A stretch of 64,000 nt of DNA from Candidatus Haiyanarchaeum thermophilum (GTDB taxonomy: Archaea; Nanobdellota; Nanobdellia; JAPDLS01; Haiyanarchaeaceae), in NCBI GenBank assembly GCA_025920425.1, contig JAPDLS010000001.1:227449-291448 (forward strand), in the 5' to 3' direction. Shown in pieces: positions 1-9,113 of the stretch. Each line of letters opens with the position of its first letter. Within the stretch, counting starts at the first letter, position 1. The position numbers and the translations under genes are program-made. The notes beneath the pieces are model-generated. The model worked only from the letters and a program-made list of their open reading frames with translations, searched no databases and had not been told where the DNA came from.

Positions 1-568
1 CTACTTTGTTAGATTCAGCATCTTGGAGAATGTATTTATTGAGACCTATGAATCCTTCTTTCCTTTCCTGCCTATCTCCATATGCTCCTACCAATGCTAA
101 GTAAGCCAATTTTACTAGTTTTGGATTAAGATATTTGGCTAAAAAGTACATAACTCCTGCTGCCGAGATTTCCTCACCACTTGCTCCTAGAAGATACGGA
201 TTTACATGATAGAAGTGTTGCACTTGATACTGCTCTTTAATTTGATGGTGATCTATAATTATTACCTTCCTCCCTTGCAAAATTTCTTTGAAGGTTGTCT
301 TATGAAGTTGGCCTGAGCCAAAGTCTAGCAGAATCAGGAGGTCACTCGATTCGTTTTTCAACTTTTCCAACCTATCCTCTTCCAATTGCCTCAGGAAATG
401 AATTTTGAAGACCTTATGTTTTTCGAGAAGTAACTTCGCCAATAATGCAGCCGCACAAATCCCGTCAGCATCCCAATGGGAAAACACGCTAATCCTCTGA
501 GAAGAAGATATTATCTCATCTATGCCTTTAGCTATAGATTGGAGTTGTTCCAAGAATTCGAGGCTCAT
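1..568 (-). CDS. RecJ-like DHH-family phosphoesterase, runs off the window edge
   Basis: Manual translation from ATG at 568 (ATGA overlap with the rps15 stop): MSLEFLEQ...[12 protein letters not shown]...LLDFGSG...IIIDHH...HVNP...SAAG...GAYGDRQ. All are DHH-family motifs, and the position after rps15 is conserved in archaea. Not in the ORF track. Confidence 0.9.
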   Translation of the reverse strand, partial: MSLEFLEQLQSIAKGIDEIISSSQRISVFSHWDADGICAAALLAKLLLEKHKVFKIHFLRQLEEDRLEKLKNESSDLLILLDFGSGQLHKTTFKEILQGRKVIIIDHHQIKEQYQVQHFYHVNPYLLGASGEEISAAGVMYFLAKYLNPKLVKLAYLALVGAYGDRQERKEGFIGLNKYILQDAESNKV

Positions 569-969
569 TTTACCAGTAGTTTCGCCCTATCAGGATCGTA
601 CTCCCAATCTTGAGGAAGTTTTCCGACCCTCTTGTAGTATTTAATGAGCCTTTTAATCTTAGATTCGATCAAAAGTAACCCCCTAGCACTGTGTTTATCC
701 TTCCTATGAACTTTGAGGTGTTCCCTTACCCTTACAGCTCTCCTGATTAAAGAGATCAGATCCTCAGGTAATTCAGTTTTCAGATTATGTTCTTCCAAAA
801 TCTTAGAAATGCTTTTATTTGTAATAGCTTTAACGCTTGGAATTCCATACACATCTCTCAACACGAGCCCTATCTTTGAAGGAGGAAGTCCTTCCTTGAA
901 TAGATTTATCACTAGCTTCTCTACTTCATTCGGCTTATATTTTATCCAACTCTTGACTTTACCTTCCAC
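565..969 (-). CDS. rps15: 30S ribosomal protein S15 (uS15/S13e), short N-terminus
   Basis: [49 protein letters not shown] motifs; GTG start. Confidence 0.95.
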   Translation of the reverse strand: MEGKVKSWIKYKPNEVEKLVINLFKEGLPPSKIGLVLRDVYGIPSVKAITNKSISKILEEHNLKTELPEDLISLIRRAVRVREHLKVHRKDKHSARGLLLIESKIKRLIKYYKRVGKLPQDWEYDPDRAKLLVK

Positions 970-1006
970 TTCTCAAAGGTATAGGAAGCAATTTTTAAAC
1001 TTTATC

Positions 1007-1360
1007 TTATCTGTGAATGACCCCCTGACCATACCTCCTCATTACCTTTTTCTTTATTTTCTTAGGTTTGAACTCTCTAACAAGAAGTTCATAAGCTTTA
1101 AAGGCACATTTCTCATCACCACAGGTAAAAATATCCAATGCCATATAGCCTAGCTCCGGCCAAGTATGGACGCTAAGATGAGATTCCTTTAAAAGGTAGA
1201 CAGCAGAGACGCCATAAGGCTTGAATTGATGAAAAGTCGAAGAGACAACTTTCAAGCCAGATTTAGAAATAACAGTATCTAGAATTCTCTTTAGAGGCCT
1301 TACTCTCGCTATTTTCTCTGCTTCTACTCCCATGAATTCGACGATAAGGTGAATACTCAT
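1007..1360 (-). CDS. speD: Pyruvoyl-dependent S-adenosylmethionine decarboxylase proenzyme (SpeD/SpeH family; arginine decarboxylase paralogue not excluded)
   Basis: FKPYGVS, LKE-SHLSVHTWPE cleavage motif, DIFTCG. ATG at 1360 follows a GGTGA RBS (the ORF track starts at 1378). Confidence 0.88.
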   Translation of the reverse strand: MSIHLIVEFMGVEAEKIARVRPLKRILDTVISKSGLKVVSSTFHQFKPYGVSAVYLLKESHLSVHTWPELGYMALDIFTCGDEKCAFKAYELLVREFKPKKIKKKVMRRYGQGVIHR

Positions 1361-1467
1361 TGTATTCACCACTACCATCGAATTCTGGGGAGTGTTGTGA
1401 TCGAGTCATCAACAGCACCTAGTTCTAGGTATCATTGTAGTAAAAAATAAATTTTTCGTATCCAAGC

Positions 1468-1475
1468 TTTATAAA
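1468..1475. promoter_or_regulatory. Palindromic TATA box (TTTATAAA) between divergent speD and reverse gyrase
   Basis: TTTATAAA about 24 nt upstream of the rgy ATG, which fits a leaderless archaeal promoter. Confidence 0.55.
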
Positions 1476-1498
1476 CCTCGTCTAGTTAAAAATTAAAT

Positions 1499-4400
1499 AT
1501 GATAGAATTAGAGTATAAGAACTTGTGTCCAAATTGTGGAGGTAGAGTAAATTCTAAGAGGTTGGAGCAAGGTTTGCCCTGTGAAATCTGTTTACCTGAG
1601 CATTCAAGAGAGATGAAGGAAGGCTTCCTCACTTCCTTAATCATAAGAAATAGGATGCTTGGAGAAATAGAGGAAATCTTCAAGAAACTTCTAAGGACAA
1701 ATATGTGGGCCTTACAGAGATTTTGGGCACGGAGGTTTTTAGATGGGGAAAGTTTTGCCCTGATCGCTCCAACTGGAAGTGGAAAAACCACGATGCAGAT
1801 CATCTTGAGTCTTTACGCCTCTTCTAAGATGGGAAAAAGGTGTCTCATAATTTTACCCACAAGTATTCTTGTTCATCAGGTAAGCGAGAAACTCATCAGC
1901 TTCAAAGAAAGTCTCAACCTCAAAACGGAAATAGCCTTTTATCACAGTTTGCTAACTAAAAAAGAGAAAGAGGAGCAGCTCGGGAAGATGTTTACAGCGA
2001 ATATAATAGTTACCACACATCTCAGCATAATCAAAAGGGAAGAAATAAATTCTCAACTTGTAGATTTAGTTTTCGTTGACGATGTAGATAGCTTTCTTAA
2101 GAGAAGTAAAAGTGTTATGTTCGTCTTCAAGATGCTCAAGTTGCCTAAAAGGATGAAGAATGTAATTTTGAACGTATATGAAAAGAAAATGGAGTTGAAG
2201 AACGCACTCGAAAAGATAGAGAAAATTAAAGGAGAGGAAGAAATTCGCTCTCAAATCATTGTAAGCGGAGCCACTCCTAGGGGAAAAAGAACGAGGAGTA
2301 TCCTCCTCCTGAGCAGGGTTTTTGGATTCACTCTCGGAGGTAGAGTGGAATTTGGAAGGAAGGTACTAGACTCTTATCTCAAACCGAGAAGATCTATGGA
2401 AGAGGAAATTTTGGAGATAATTAAAAGGGTAGGAGGAGGGGCCTTGATCTTTATCCCCAGTGACAAGGGAAGTAAGTTCGCTGAAAGTCTAGAGCAGTAT
2501 CTCTGCGCAAGAAGTATCAGGGCGAAGGCCTTCTTAAAGCCTAACAGGAGGTACTTTGAAATGTTTGAGAAGGGAGAACTCGACTTTCTGATAGGAATAG
2601 CTACTACAAGAAGTCCACTGGTTAGAGGGATTGATTTGCCCCATAGGATAAGGTATGCTATTTTCGCTGGAGTTCCAAAATTCCTAATAAGGATAAATCT
2701 ACAAGAATTTCATCCTGCAAAGTGGCTCATGCTGCTTAACAATATATCTCATGCCATTGGAGAGGAGTATAGAAAAGATTTTGAAACTCTCGTCAGAAGA
2801 CTTGCTAAGATTCAAACTCTAAATGCAGAACAACTGAAATTGGTTAGGGAAGCTTTGCAGAATGGGATAAGATTGAAAGGATTTTTGGAATACGTAAGAG
2901 AAGTAGCGATGAACGGAATGGAATTTTTCAATAAAATATTGAAGGATCATAGAGTGATAGAAGCTATAAGAAAATCGCCGATTATATCGTTTGGAATGGA
3001 AAAGAATGAGTATTATTTTCTTGTTGTGGATGAAATTGCTTATCTTCAAGCGAGTGGAAGGACGAGTAGGCTCTATATCGGAGGACTAACAAAGGGTTTA
3101 AGTATTGTTGTAATAGATGATGAAAAAGCATTCAACAATTTGATAAAGGAGATCAGCTATTTGGGAGAGGAAATAGAATGGAAAAATTTTGATGAGATAG
3201 ATGTAGTCTCTGTGATGAGGGAAATAGATGAGGATAGAAGGAAAGTCTTGCTCGCACAAGAGGATAAATTGAAGGTAGAGGAAAAAATTTCTCTCTCCAC
3301 CATTCTCTTCATAGTAGAATCTCCTAACAAAGCTAGGACCATTGCAAGGTATTTCGGTAAACCCTTCATAAAGAAAATTGGAGACCTTAAGACATTCGAA
3401 GTTTTCATGGAGAATTCATTAGCAATAATTACCGCGAGTAAAGGCCACATCACCGATCTAGATTTGGTGGAGGGATTGTTTGGAGTCAAAGTTGGAAAAA
3501 AATTCATTCCTATTTATAGACCAATCAAAAGATGTGTCCACTGTGGGAGGGATGTAGATGGGGATGTTTGTTCTTTTTGTAATAGAAGTGAACTAGTAGA
3601 TGCTGGACCTAGGATTAAGGTCTTGAGGAGAGTAGCAAGTTTAGTGGATAAAGTAGTAATAGGAACTGATCCGGACGCTGAGGGGGAAAAAATAGCATTT
3701 GATCTGTATCTTTTACTCAAACCATTTAATTCTAATATAAAGAGGGTAAAGTTTCATGAGGTTACGAAGAAAGGAATAATTAGTAGCCTAAAGAGCTTAG
3801 AAGATTTTGACATGAATTTAGTAGAAGCCCAAATAGTGAGGAGAATTGAGGACAGATGGATAGGCTTCAGTATAAGCCCTGTACTCTGGAGGTTCTTCCA
3901 CAATACTAACTTATCTGCGGGCAGAGTGCAAACACCTGTGCTCGGTTGGATATATGAAAGAACTAAGAGATTGAAGGAGAAGCAGGAATTGTTGAATCTC
4001 ACTCTAGCGAATGGACTTAAAATTTCATTAAGAGGCGAAATTGGGACATTTAAGAGGATTTTGAAAAATAGGTTCGTGGAAATATTGAAAGTGGAGAGAG
4101 TAGTCCAAGAAATCCATCCCTACCCCCCCTTCACTACTGATACCTTACTTTCTGCCCTAACTTCCTCCTTGAAAATCAATGCAACCGAGGCCATGAAGAT
4201 CGCACAGAAACTCTTCGAAAGTGGTCTGATAACATACCATAGAACTAGTAGCACTACAGTAAGTAACACAGGAATAGCAATAGCTAAGGACTACATATCC
4301 TCAAACTTTGGGGAGGCATTTTTTATGGAGAGAAGATGGCAAATGGAAGGGGCGCATGAATGTATTAGGCCAACTAAGGCAATAGATTCAGAAAGATTGA

Positions 4401-5044
4401 GGAGTATGATTGCCCTAAGAACTATTAGAGTTAGTTTAAGTGAACAGGAACTCAAGGCCTATGATATAATCTTCAGAAGATTTATAGCAAGTCAAATGAA
4501 ATCTACAAAGGTTGAAAAGGTCTTCCTAAAAATCTCAGTAGCGGGAAAAGAAGTTAATTATGAATTCACCACCAATATTTTAGAAGAAGGGTTCTCTAGG
4601 CTTATACCCTTTTATGTGAGAGAAATACCTGAGATCAAGGTTGGAAAGCAATATATCTCCTCAGTGAGGAGGAAAATCGTCCGAGCCAATTATCCATTTA
4701 CTTACTCTGAAATAATCTCATTAATGAAGGAAAAGGGAATAGGAAGACCTTCCACTTATGCCAAGATTCTGGAGATCCTAAAAAGAAGGAAGTATGTGAA
4801 TGAGATAAATATGAGACTATTTTCCACTCCACTCGGGGCTAAGGTTTACTCTTTTTTGAGAGAGAAGTATGGAAAGTATTTAAGTGAGGAGCTAACAAAA
4901 AGTTTGGAAGAGAAAATGGACGAGATAGAAAAAGGTAAGCTAAGGGCACATGAAGTAATAAAGGAGTTCCTAGGGGAAGTCAATGAGATAATGAAGGATG
5001 CTATGGAAAGTGGGGTGAAATATAATGTCCAAATTATTCTCTAA
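1499..5044 (+). CDS. rgy: Reverse gyrase (single chain)
   Basis: N-terminal CPNC..CEIC Zn finger, APTGSGKT, DDVD, YLQASGRTSR, TOPRIM VESPNKA and DPDAEGE, SAGRVQTPVL, ITYHRT, GAHECIRPT, GIGRPSTYA. Confidence 0.97.
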   Translation: MIELEYKNLCPNCGGRVNSKRLEQGLPCEICLPEHSREMKEGFLTSLIIRNRMLGEIEEIFKKLLRTNMWALQRFWARRFLDGESFALIAPTGSGKTTMQIILSLYASSKMGKRCLIILPTSILVHQVSEKLISFKESLNLKTEIAFYHSLLTKKEKEEQLGKMFTANIIVTTHLSIIKREEINSQLVDLVFVDDVDSFLKRSKSVMFVFKMLKLPKRMKNVILNVYEKKMELKNALEKIEKIKGEEEIRSQIIVSGATPRGKRTRSILLLSRVFGFTLGGRVEFGRKVLDSYLKPRRSMEEEILEIIKRVGGGALIFIPSDKGSKFAESLEQYLCARSIRAKAFLKPNRRYFEMFEKGELDFLIGIATTRSPLVRGIDLPHRIRYAIFAGVPKFLIRINLQEFHPAKWLMLLNNISHAIGEEYRKDFETLVRRLAKIQTLNAEQLKLVREALQNGIRLKGFLEYVREVAMNGMEFFNKILKDHRVIEAIRKSPIISFGMEKNEYYFLVVDEIAYLQASGRTSRLYIGGLTKGLSIVVIDDEKAFNNLIKEISYLGEEIEWKNFDEIDVVSVMREIDEDRRKVLLAQEDKLKVEEKISLSTILFIVESPNKARTIARYFGKPFIKKIGDLKTFEVFMENSLAIITASKGHITDLDLVEGLFGVKVGKKFIPIYRPIKRCVHCGRDVDGDVCSFCNRSELVDAGPRIKVLRRVASLVDKVVIGTDPDAEGEKIAFDLYLLLKPFNSNIKRVKFHEVTKKGIISSLKSLEDFDMNLVEAQIVRRIEDRWIGFSISPVLWRFFHNTNLSAGRVQTPVLGWIYERTKRLKEKQELLNLTLANGLKISLRGEIGTFKRILKNRFVEILKVERVVQEIHPYPPFTTDTLLSALTSSLKINATEAMKIAQKLFESGLITYHRTSSTTVSNTGIAIAKDYISSNFGEAFFMERRWQMEGAHECIRPTKAIDSERLRSMIALRTIRVSLSEQELKAYDIIFRRFIASQMKSTKVEKVFLKISVAGKEVNYEFTTNILEEGFSRLIPFYVREIPEIKVGKQYISSVRRKIVRANYPFTYSEIISLMKEKGIGRPSTYAKILEILKRRKYVNEINMRLFSTPLGAKVYSFLREKYGKYLSEELTKSLEEKMDEIEKGKLRAHEVIKEFLGEVNEIMKDAMESGVKYNVQIIL

Positions 5045-5649
5045 ATTCCCCTCTTGACATATCTTCCTCTCTTCTCAATTTCAGCTACCCTCCTCAGCAC
5101 TTTTTCAGCATCCCCATACACATCTTTATATCCTTGAATTGCCCAATTGAAGCACTCTTCCCAAACGTGGAAATGTTTACTCCTCAATGCCTCTTGGAGA
5201 AGATGAAGATCCACAGCCTTGTCCTCAATTTTCTGAGAAAAAAATGCTAACCCAAAATCTATTAGATAGACTGCATTTCCCTTCAAAATCACATTTCCTG
5301 TAGTGAGGTCTCCGTGAATGATGTTGTTCGAATGCAATTTTCCGATCTGTTCTCCAAGATCATGGAAAATTCTCTTTCTCTCATCCTCTCCTAGTGATCC
5401 AAGTACATCCCTTAGGTTTGGTCCATCTATTTTTTCCATTTCAATGTAGAATTTACCAGCCCTTATTACCTTTGGTACCCTCACTCCAACCCTCCTAGCC
5501 TCGTTTAAAATTCTCACCTCACTTCTAGTTCTCCTCTCCCTAAGAATAAGGTCCAACTTCCTAGGCCTATACCCTTTCCTAATCCTCTCCTTTCTTACCT
5601 TGCTTCTCCCCACTTTTATCTTGGCCTCAGCCCCTATTATTTCCACCAT
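5041..5649 (-). CDS. bud32: KEOPS kinase Bud32
   Basis: GAEA, KERIRKGYR, HGDLTTGN, IDFGL, EDKAVDL, IEKRGRY; likely start MVEIIG at 5649. Confidence 0.93.
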   Translation of the reverse strand: MVEIIGAEAKIKVGRSKVRKERIRKGYRPRKLDLILRERRTRSEVRILNEARRVGVRVPKVIRAGKFYIEMEKIDGPNLRDVLGSLGEDERKRIFHDLGEQIGKLHSNNIIHGDLTTGNVILKGNAVYLIDFGLAFFSQKIEDKAVDLHLLQEALRSKHFHVWEECFNWAIQGYKDVYGDAEKVLRRVAEIEKRGRYVKRGI

Positions 5650-6461
5650 TTTCTTAGGTAGAGCCAAATCGCTCCACAGTAACCTGCAAAGTTTTCCTTC
5701 ACGAATTGATATATCTCTTGCAAACTCCAAGAGGTATCAAAAACTTGATTAAACCTATTCCCAATTTCTTCGTCGATAGGGAAAGCATCTTCTCTACCAA
5801 ACCCGTAGAGGGCTATTAGTTCCCCATTATACCTATTTACTCCACACTTCTGGAAGAAATCGACTATTTTCTCAGTACTCTTGTTCCACAGAGTCTCCAC
5901 ATCGAACTTTTTATCTAACATTCTCCTCAACCACCTATATAAGGTAGGGAAATCTTTACTCTCTTCTACATTCTCCATCAAATCCCTAATCCTCTTCACC
6001 TTAAATATTTGGATCCCATTAATCCACTTTATTTCTGAAATCATCGAAAGAGCCTTATCGATTTCCCTATCACTTACGTCTTGAAGGAGGATCGAAACTA
6101 TTATCGCAAAATCTAGATCATAACTCCTTAGCGGTCTCATTCCATAATTCCCATCTATAATTTGTTTAAACTTTTCATTCCGAGATAATTTTTCATAGAG
6201 TTCGGAGAGTCTAAATTCTGGCCAGAAAAAGTATGTAAGTTTACTTCTCATTCCATCTACTTTTAACTTTTCCACTTTCTCCCTACTCAAAATTTGGAAA
6301 GTAAGGTCGCTAAAGAGTCTAATGGGAATGTCTTCACCCAGTACTTCTATACATGTTACGAAGGTTCTCCCAACTCTGCGAAAGAGATAGGACGGTATTT
6401 GGTCTCTTATAAGACTTTTCTCAAAGTCAAATGGTCCATCAAATTTTATCTGAAGCTTCAT
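5637..6461 (-). CDS. AlkA/Ogg1-like HhH-GPD DNA glycosylase family protein
   Basis: GPFDFEKSL N-terminus, GMRPLR, IIVSILLQ, degenerate HhH plus YGFGREDAFPID, FAGYCG..WLYL; ATGA overlap with the kae1 stop. Confidence 0.72.
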   Translation of the reverse strand: MKLQIKFDGPFDFEKSLIRDQIPSYLFRRVGRTFVTCIEVLGEDIPIRLFSDLTFQILSREKVEKLKVDGMRSKLTYFFWPEFRLSELYEKLSRNEKFKQIIDGNYGMRPLRSYDLDFAIIVSILLQDVSDREIDKALSMISEIKWINGIQIFKVKRIRDLMENVEESKDFPTLYRWLRRMLDKKFDVETLWNKSTEKIVDFFQKCGVNRYNGELIALYGFGREDAFPIDEEIGNRFNQVFDTSWSLQEIYQFVKENFAGYCGAIWLYLRKWWK

Positions 6462-7423
6462 CCTTTTATCCACGTTATCTCCACCTCATCCACCCTCCAC
6501 TTTGGATTTATATCTAATTTACTCAGCTCCTTCGTGGCCATTTGTTTAGCTAGGATCCCATTCCAAGCGATCATTGCTCCATTATCCATCGAAAAGCTCT
6601 CTGGTACTACATAAAACTTGGCCCCTCTTTCAGCACACATAATACTACACATCCTCTGCAGTTCCTTATTTCTAGCTACTCCTCCTATTAAGAGGAGCTC
6701 ATCCTTTTTGCAGTGAGCCATCGCCCTCTCGGCAGCTTCAATTACCATAGAAAAAGCTACCTGTTGGAGGGAATAGACCAAATCTTCTACCTTATATTTT
6801 TTCTCGTTTACTAGTCTCTCTACCTCAGTTAGGATCCCACTAAAGCTCATGTCCATACCCTTGACTGAGTATGGTAAGTCTATCAATCTTTTCCCTCTCT
6901 TAGCAAGTTGTTCTATGTGCTCCCCTCCTGGAAATGGGAGGCCAAGCAATCTAGCTACTCTATCGAAGAGGTTGCCAATTGCTATATCAAGTGTTTCCCC
7001 AAATACTCTGTACCTTCCATCTAAGTAGGAAATGATTTGAGTATTTCCTCCAGCTAAATATAGAAAAATAGGGTCTATGCACTTGCATACGAGCTTACCT
7101 ATCTCTAGATGAGCTACACAGTGATTTACCTCAACTACAGGCAGATCTAACTTGCTTGCCAATTCCTTCACCTTCTTTAGCCCTACTAGCAAACAGGGAG
7201 GCATGCCTGGACCTTTGGAGTAAGCTAGTAAACTTATGTTCTTTACTCTCTTTAGAGCCTGGGTGATGAGTTCATCGCTCTTCTCCAAATGATGCTTGGC
7301 AGCTTCTGTAGGACTCTTTCCAAAAGAAAAGCTGGGATATCTAGCCACTTCGTTTACAATTATTTCCCCATTCTCATCTACTACCCCCACTCCAAAAGTA
7401 TGAGCTGTAGCTTCAATTCCCAA
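6458..7423 (-). CDS. kae1: KEOPS t6A synthase Kae1/TsaD (start uncertain)
   Basis: GIEATAHTFG, KGPGMPPCL, VNHCVAHLEIG, GGNTQ, GETLDIAIGN, GGVARN, DNGAMIAW. No in-frame ATG near the expected start, so TTG at 7423 is used. Confidence 0.93.
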   Translation of the reverse strand: MGIEATAHTFGVGVVDENGEIIVNEVARYPSFSFGKSPTEAAKHHLEKSDELITQALKRVKNISLLAYSKGPGMPPCLLVGLKKVKELASKLDLPVVEVNHCVAHLEIGKLVCKCIDPIFLYLAGGNTQIISYLDGRYRVFGETLDIAIGNLFDRVARLLGLPFPGGEHIEQLAKRGKRLIDLPYSVKGMDMSFSGILTEVERLVNEKKYKVEDLVYSLQQVAFSMVIEAAERAMAHCKKDELLLIGGVARNKELQRMCSIMCAERGAKFYVVPESFSMDNGAMIAWNGILAKQMATKELSKLDINPKWRVDEVEITWIKG

Positions 7424-7430
7424 GCATACT

Positions 7431-7661
7431 TCAACTCTTTCTCTCCTTAAATATGGTGTATCCACATCCACCACAGGTAAGTCTATCAGCATGTTCTGCC
7501 AAGAAAACTCCAGGCCCACACCTTGGGCAGAATTTATTTTTCCTTTTAATTCCATCCTCGCCAACTATATATTTCTCCCACTTCTTACTTCCTTCTCTCT
7601 TCTTCCTCTGCTTCTTACCTTTCCTCTTTACTTCTTTCTCATCCTCCCCCGCCTTCTCCAC
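7431..7661 (-). CDS. rps27ae: 30S ribosomal protein S27ae (eS31)
   Basis: [25 protein letters not shown]; probable GTG start after GGTGA. Confidence 0.93.
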   Translation of the reverse strand: MEKAGEDEKEVKRKGKKQRKKREGSKKWEKYIVGEDGIKRKNKFCPRCGPGVFLAEHADRLTCGGCGYTIFKERKS

Positions 7662-7968
7662 TTTTCTCACCCTTTTCCTGCTTTTCAATTACTTTATTTC
7701 TTACTAATAAATGTTTCATCTCGAACTTGAGCATGGACTCCCTATCCTTATATAGATGGGCTATCCCTTCACATTCTCTCTTTCCCAGCTTTGGTTGGAG
7801 CTCTACTATTATAACTAAACTTTCATCCCACCCAGCAGTTGAGGCTATCATCTTTCTTGCTTCCTCCCTACTAGGAGTCTTGTCATCATGTCTAATTAGG
7901 AATTTGATCTCTTCTCTCATGAAGAAGGGATTCACTTTTCTTTCAATCACATCGAGCTCCATTTTCAC
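7639..7968 (-). CDS. rps24e: 30S ribosomal protein S24e
   Basis: [36 protein letters not shown]; conserved gene order. Confidence 0.9.
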   Translation of the reverse strand: MKMELDVIERKVNPFFMREEIKFLIRHDDKTPSREEARKMIASTAGWDESLVIIVELQPKLGKRECEGIAHLYKDRESMLKFEMKHLLVRNKVIEKQEKGEKSGEGGGG

Positions 7969-8150
7969 TCCACATTAATTGCAAACTCTCCAGGAGCTCT
8001 TAGCTTGAGAAGCTCAGCTATTTTTGATTTGGATGGATCTAAAACTATTATCACACCACTCCAATTAGTACTTACTTCAGTGCTCCCACAGCACTTGCAT
8101 TTTCTTTCGGTAGAGAGGGCATGACACTTCTTACAGGCATATTCGATCAT
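7965..8150 (-). CDS. spt4: Transcription elongation factor Spt4 (RpoE2)
   Basis: ACKKCH..CKCCGS..STNWSGVIIVLDP.KSKIA..PGEFAINV. Confidence 0.93.
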   Translation of the reverse strand: MIEYACKKCHALSTERKCKCCGSTEVSTNWSGVIIVLDPSKSKIAELLKLRAPGEFAINVE

Positions 8151-8710
8151 TTCTTCACCCTCTCCTTCCCACTCTCAGCTTTTTTCTTCTCTTCCATTAT
8201 CCACTCAAATTTTCCCAAATGAGGTTGCCTCATAGTTAATCCTATCTTAGCTTCTGGAGATTTCATACTTACTGCGATGACTCTTGCCCTTACTCTATCA
8301 TCCAATTTCAGAGATTTTTTGCCATCCTTAGAAGCCAGACTCCCTGACTTGGAGTAGCTCATATAAGTATCAGCCACTTGGGAGATGTGTACTAACCCAT
8401 CTATTGGCCCTATCCGTACGAACGCCCCAAATTCTGTGATCTGGACAACATTTCCCTCCACTATCTCTTGAAGCTCAGGCTCAAATGCCAAAATTGAAAA
8501 CTTAACCTCATAGTAAACTGCACCATCTCCTGGAATTATCACCCCCTCTCCTATCTCCTCTACACCACATGGCACTAGCAACACATTATTCTTGAAGATT
8601 TTGGAAGAATATTCACTTACGATCGTCTCCTTGATTGCTTTCTCGAGGCTTTCTCTGAGTAGGGAAGGCGGTACTCTTATCCTCCCCTTCACCTTTAATA
8701 TCTTGTACAT
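8147..8710 (-). CDS. rpoE: RNA polymerase subunit Rpo7 (E')
   Basis: IRVPP, IIPGDGAVYY, FGAFVRIGPIDGLVHISQ, IGLTMRQPHLGK. Confidence 0.96.
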   Translation of the reverse strand: MYKILKVKGRIRVPPSLLRESLEKAIKETIVSEYSSKIFKNNVLLVPCGVEEIGEGVIIPGDGAVYYEVKFSILAFEPELQEIVEGNVVQITEFGAFVRIGPIDGLVHISQVADTYMSYSKSGSLASKDGKKSLKLDDRVRARVIAVSMKSPEAKIGLTMRQPHLGKFEWIMEEKKKAESGKERVKK

Positions 8711-8762
8711 TTTGAGAGGGATAGGCCTTTTAACTTATATTCCTTTCTATATTTAAGTCTTC

Positions 8763-9113
8763 TTATCTGAACTCTACCCTATAATCATGGAGGTAAATTA
8801 TATGTAACTTTTGTTTTGCAGCTTTTCTCCTTAACTTAGCATCTAAGGTAGCTACAGCGCACTGATTGAGTTTGGCGTACTGAAGGATTTTTTCGTCCAC
8901 ACTTCCAGGAAACTCAAATTCCACTATTTTCACCCTCCAGCTTTTGAGAAGCTCATCTATTTCTCTCTTGAAAACTTTTCTGATCTCCTCATCACAATCC
9001 TTTAACAGGATAAATTCAAACCCTTCAGGTACTACTTCACTTATCCTATCATAAAGATTTAATCTGTGTTTTATGGCAAAGATGATGAAATTTGAATCTA
9101 ACAGGATCTTCAT
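8763..9113 (-). CDS. PIN-domain protein (Fcf1/Utp24-like)
   Basis: LLDSNF, VDEKIL, VATLDAKLRRK; conserved position upstream of rpoE. Confidence 0.85.
   Translation of the reverse strand: MKILLDSNFIIFAIKHRLNLYDRISEVVPEGFEFILLKDCDEEIRKVFKREIDELLKSWRVKIVEFEFPGSVDEKILQYAKLNQCAVATLDAKLRRKAAKQKLHIIYLHDYRVEFR

Noticed and set aside
1406-1411. Possible selenocysteine or readthrough extension of speD via in-frame TGA
   Set aside because: Two consecutive TGA codons, no SECIS recognised, and the extension does not resemble SpeD
7628-7642. ATG AGA AAG AAG TAA mini-ORF overlapping the rps24e stop, suggesting a frameshift in rps27ae
   Set aside because: rps27ae has an in-frame GTG with a GGTGA RBS at 7661, so no frameshift is needed
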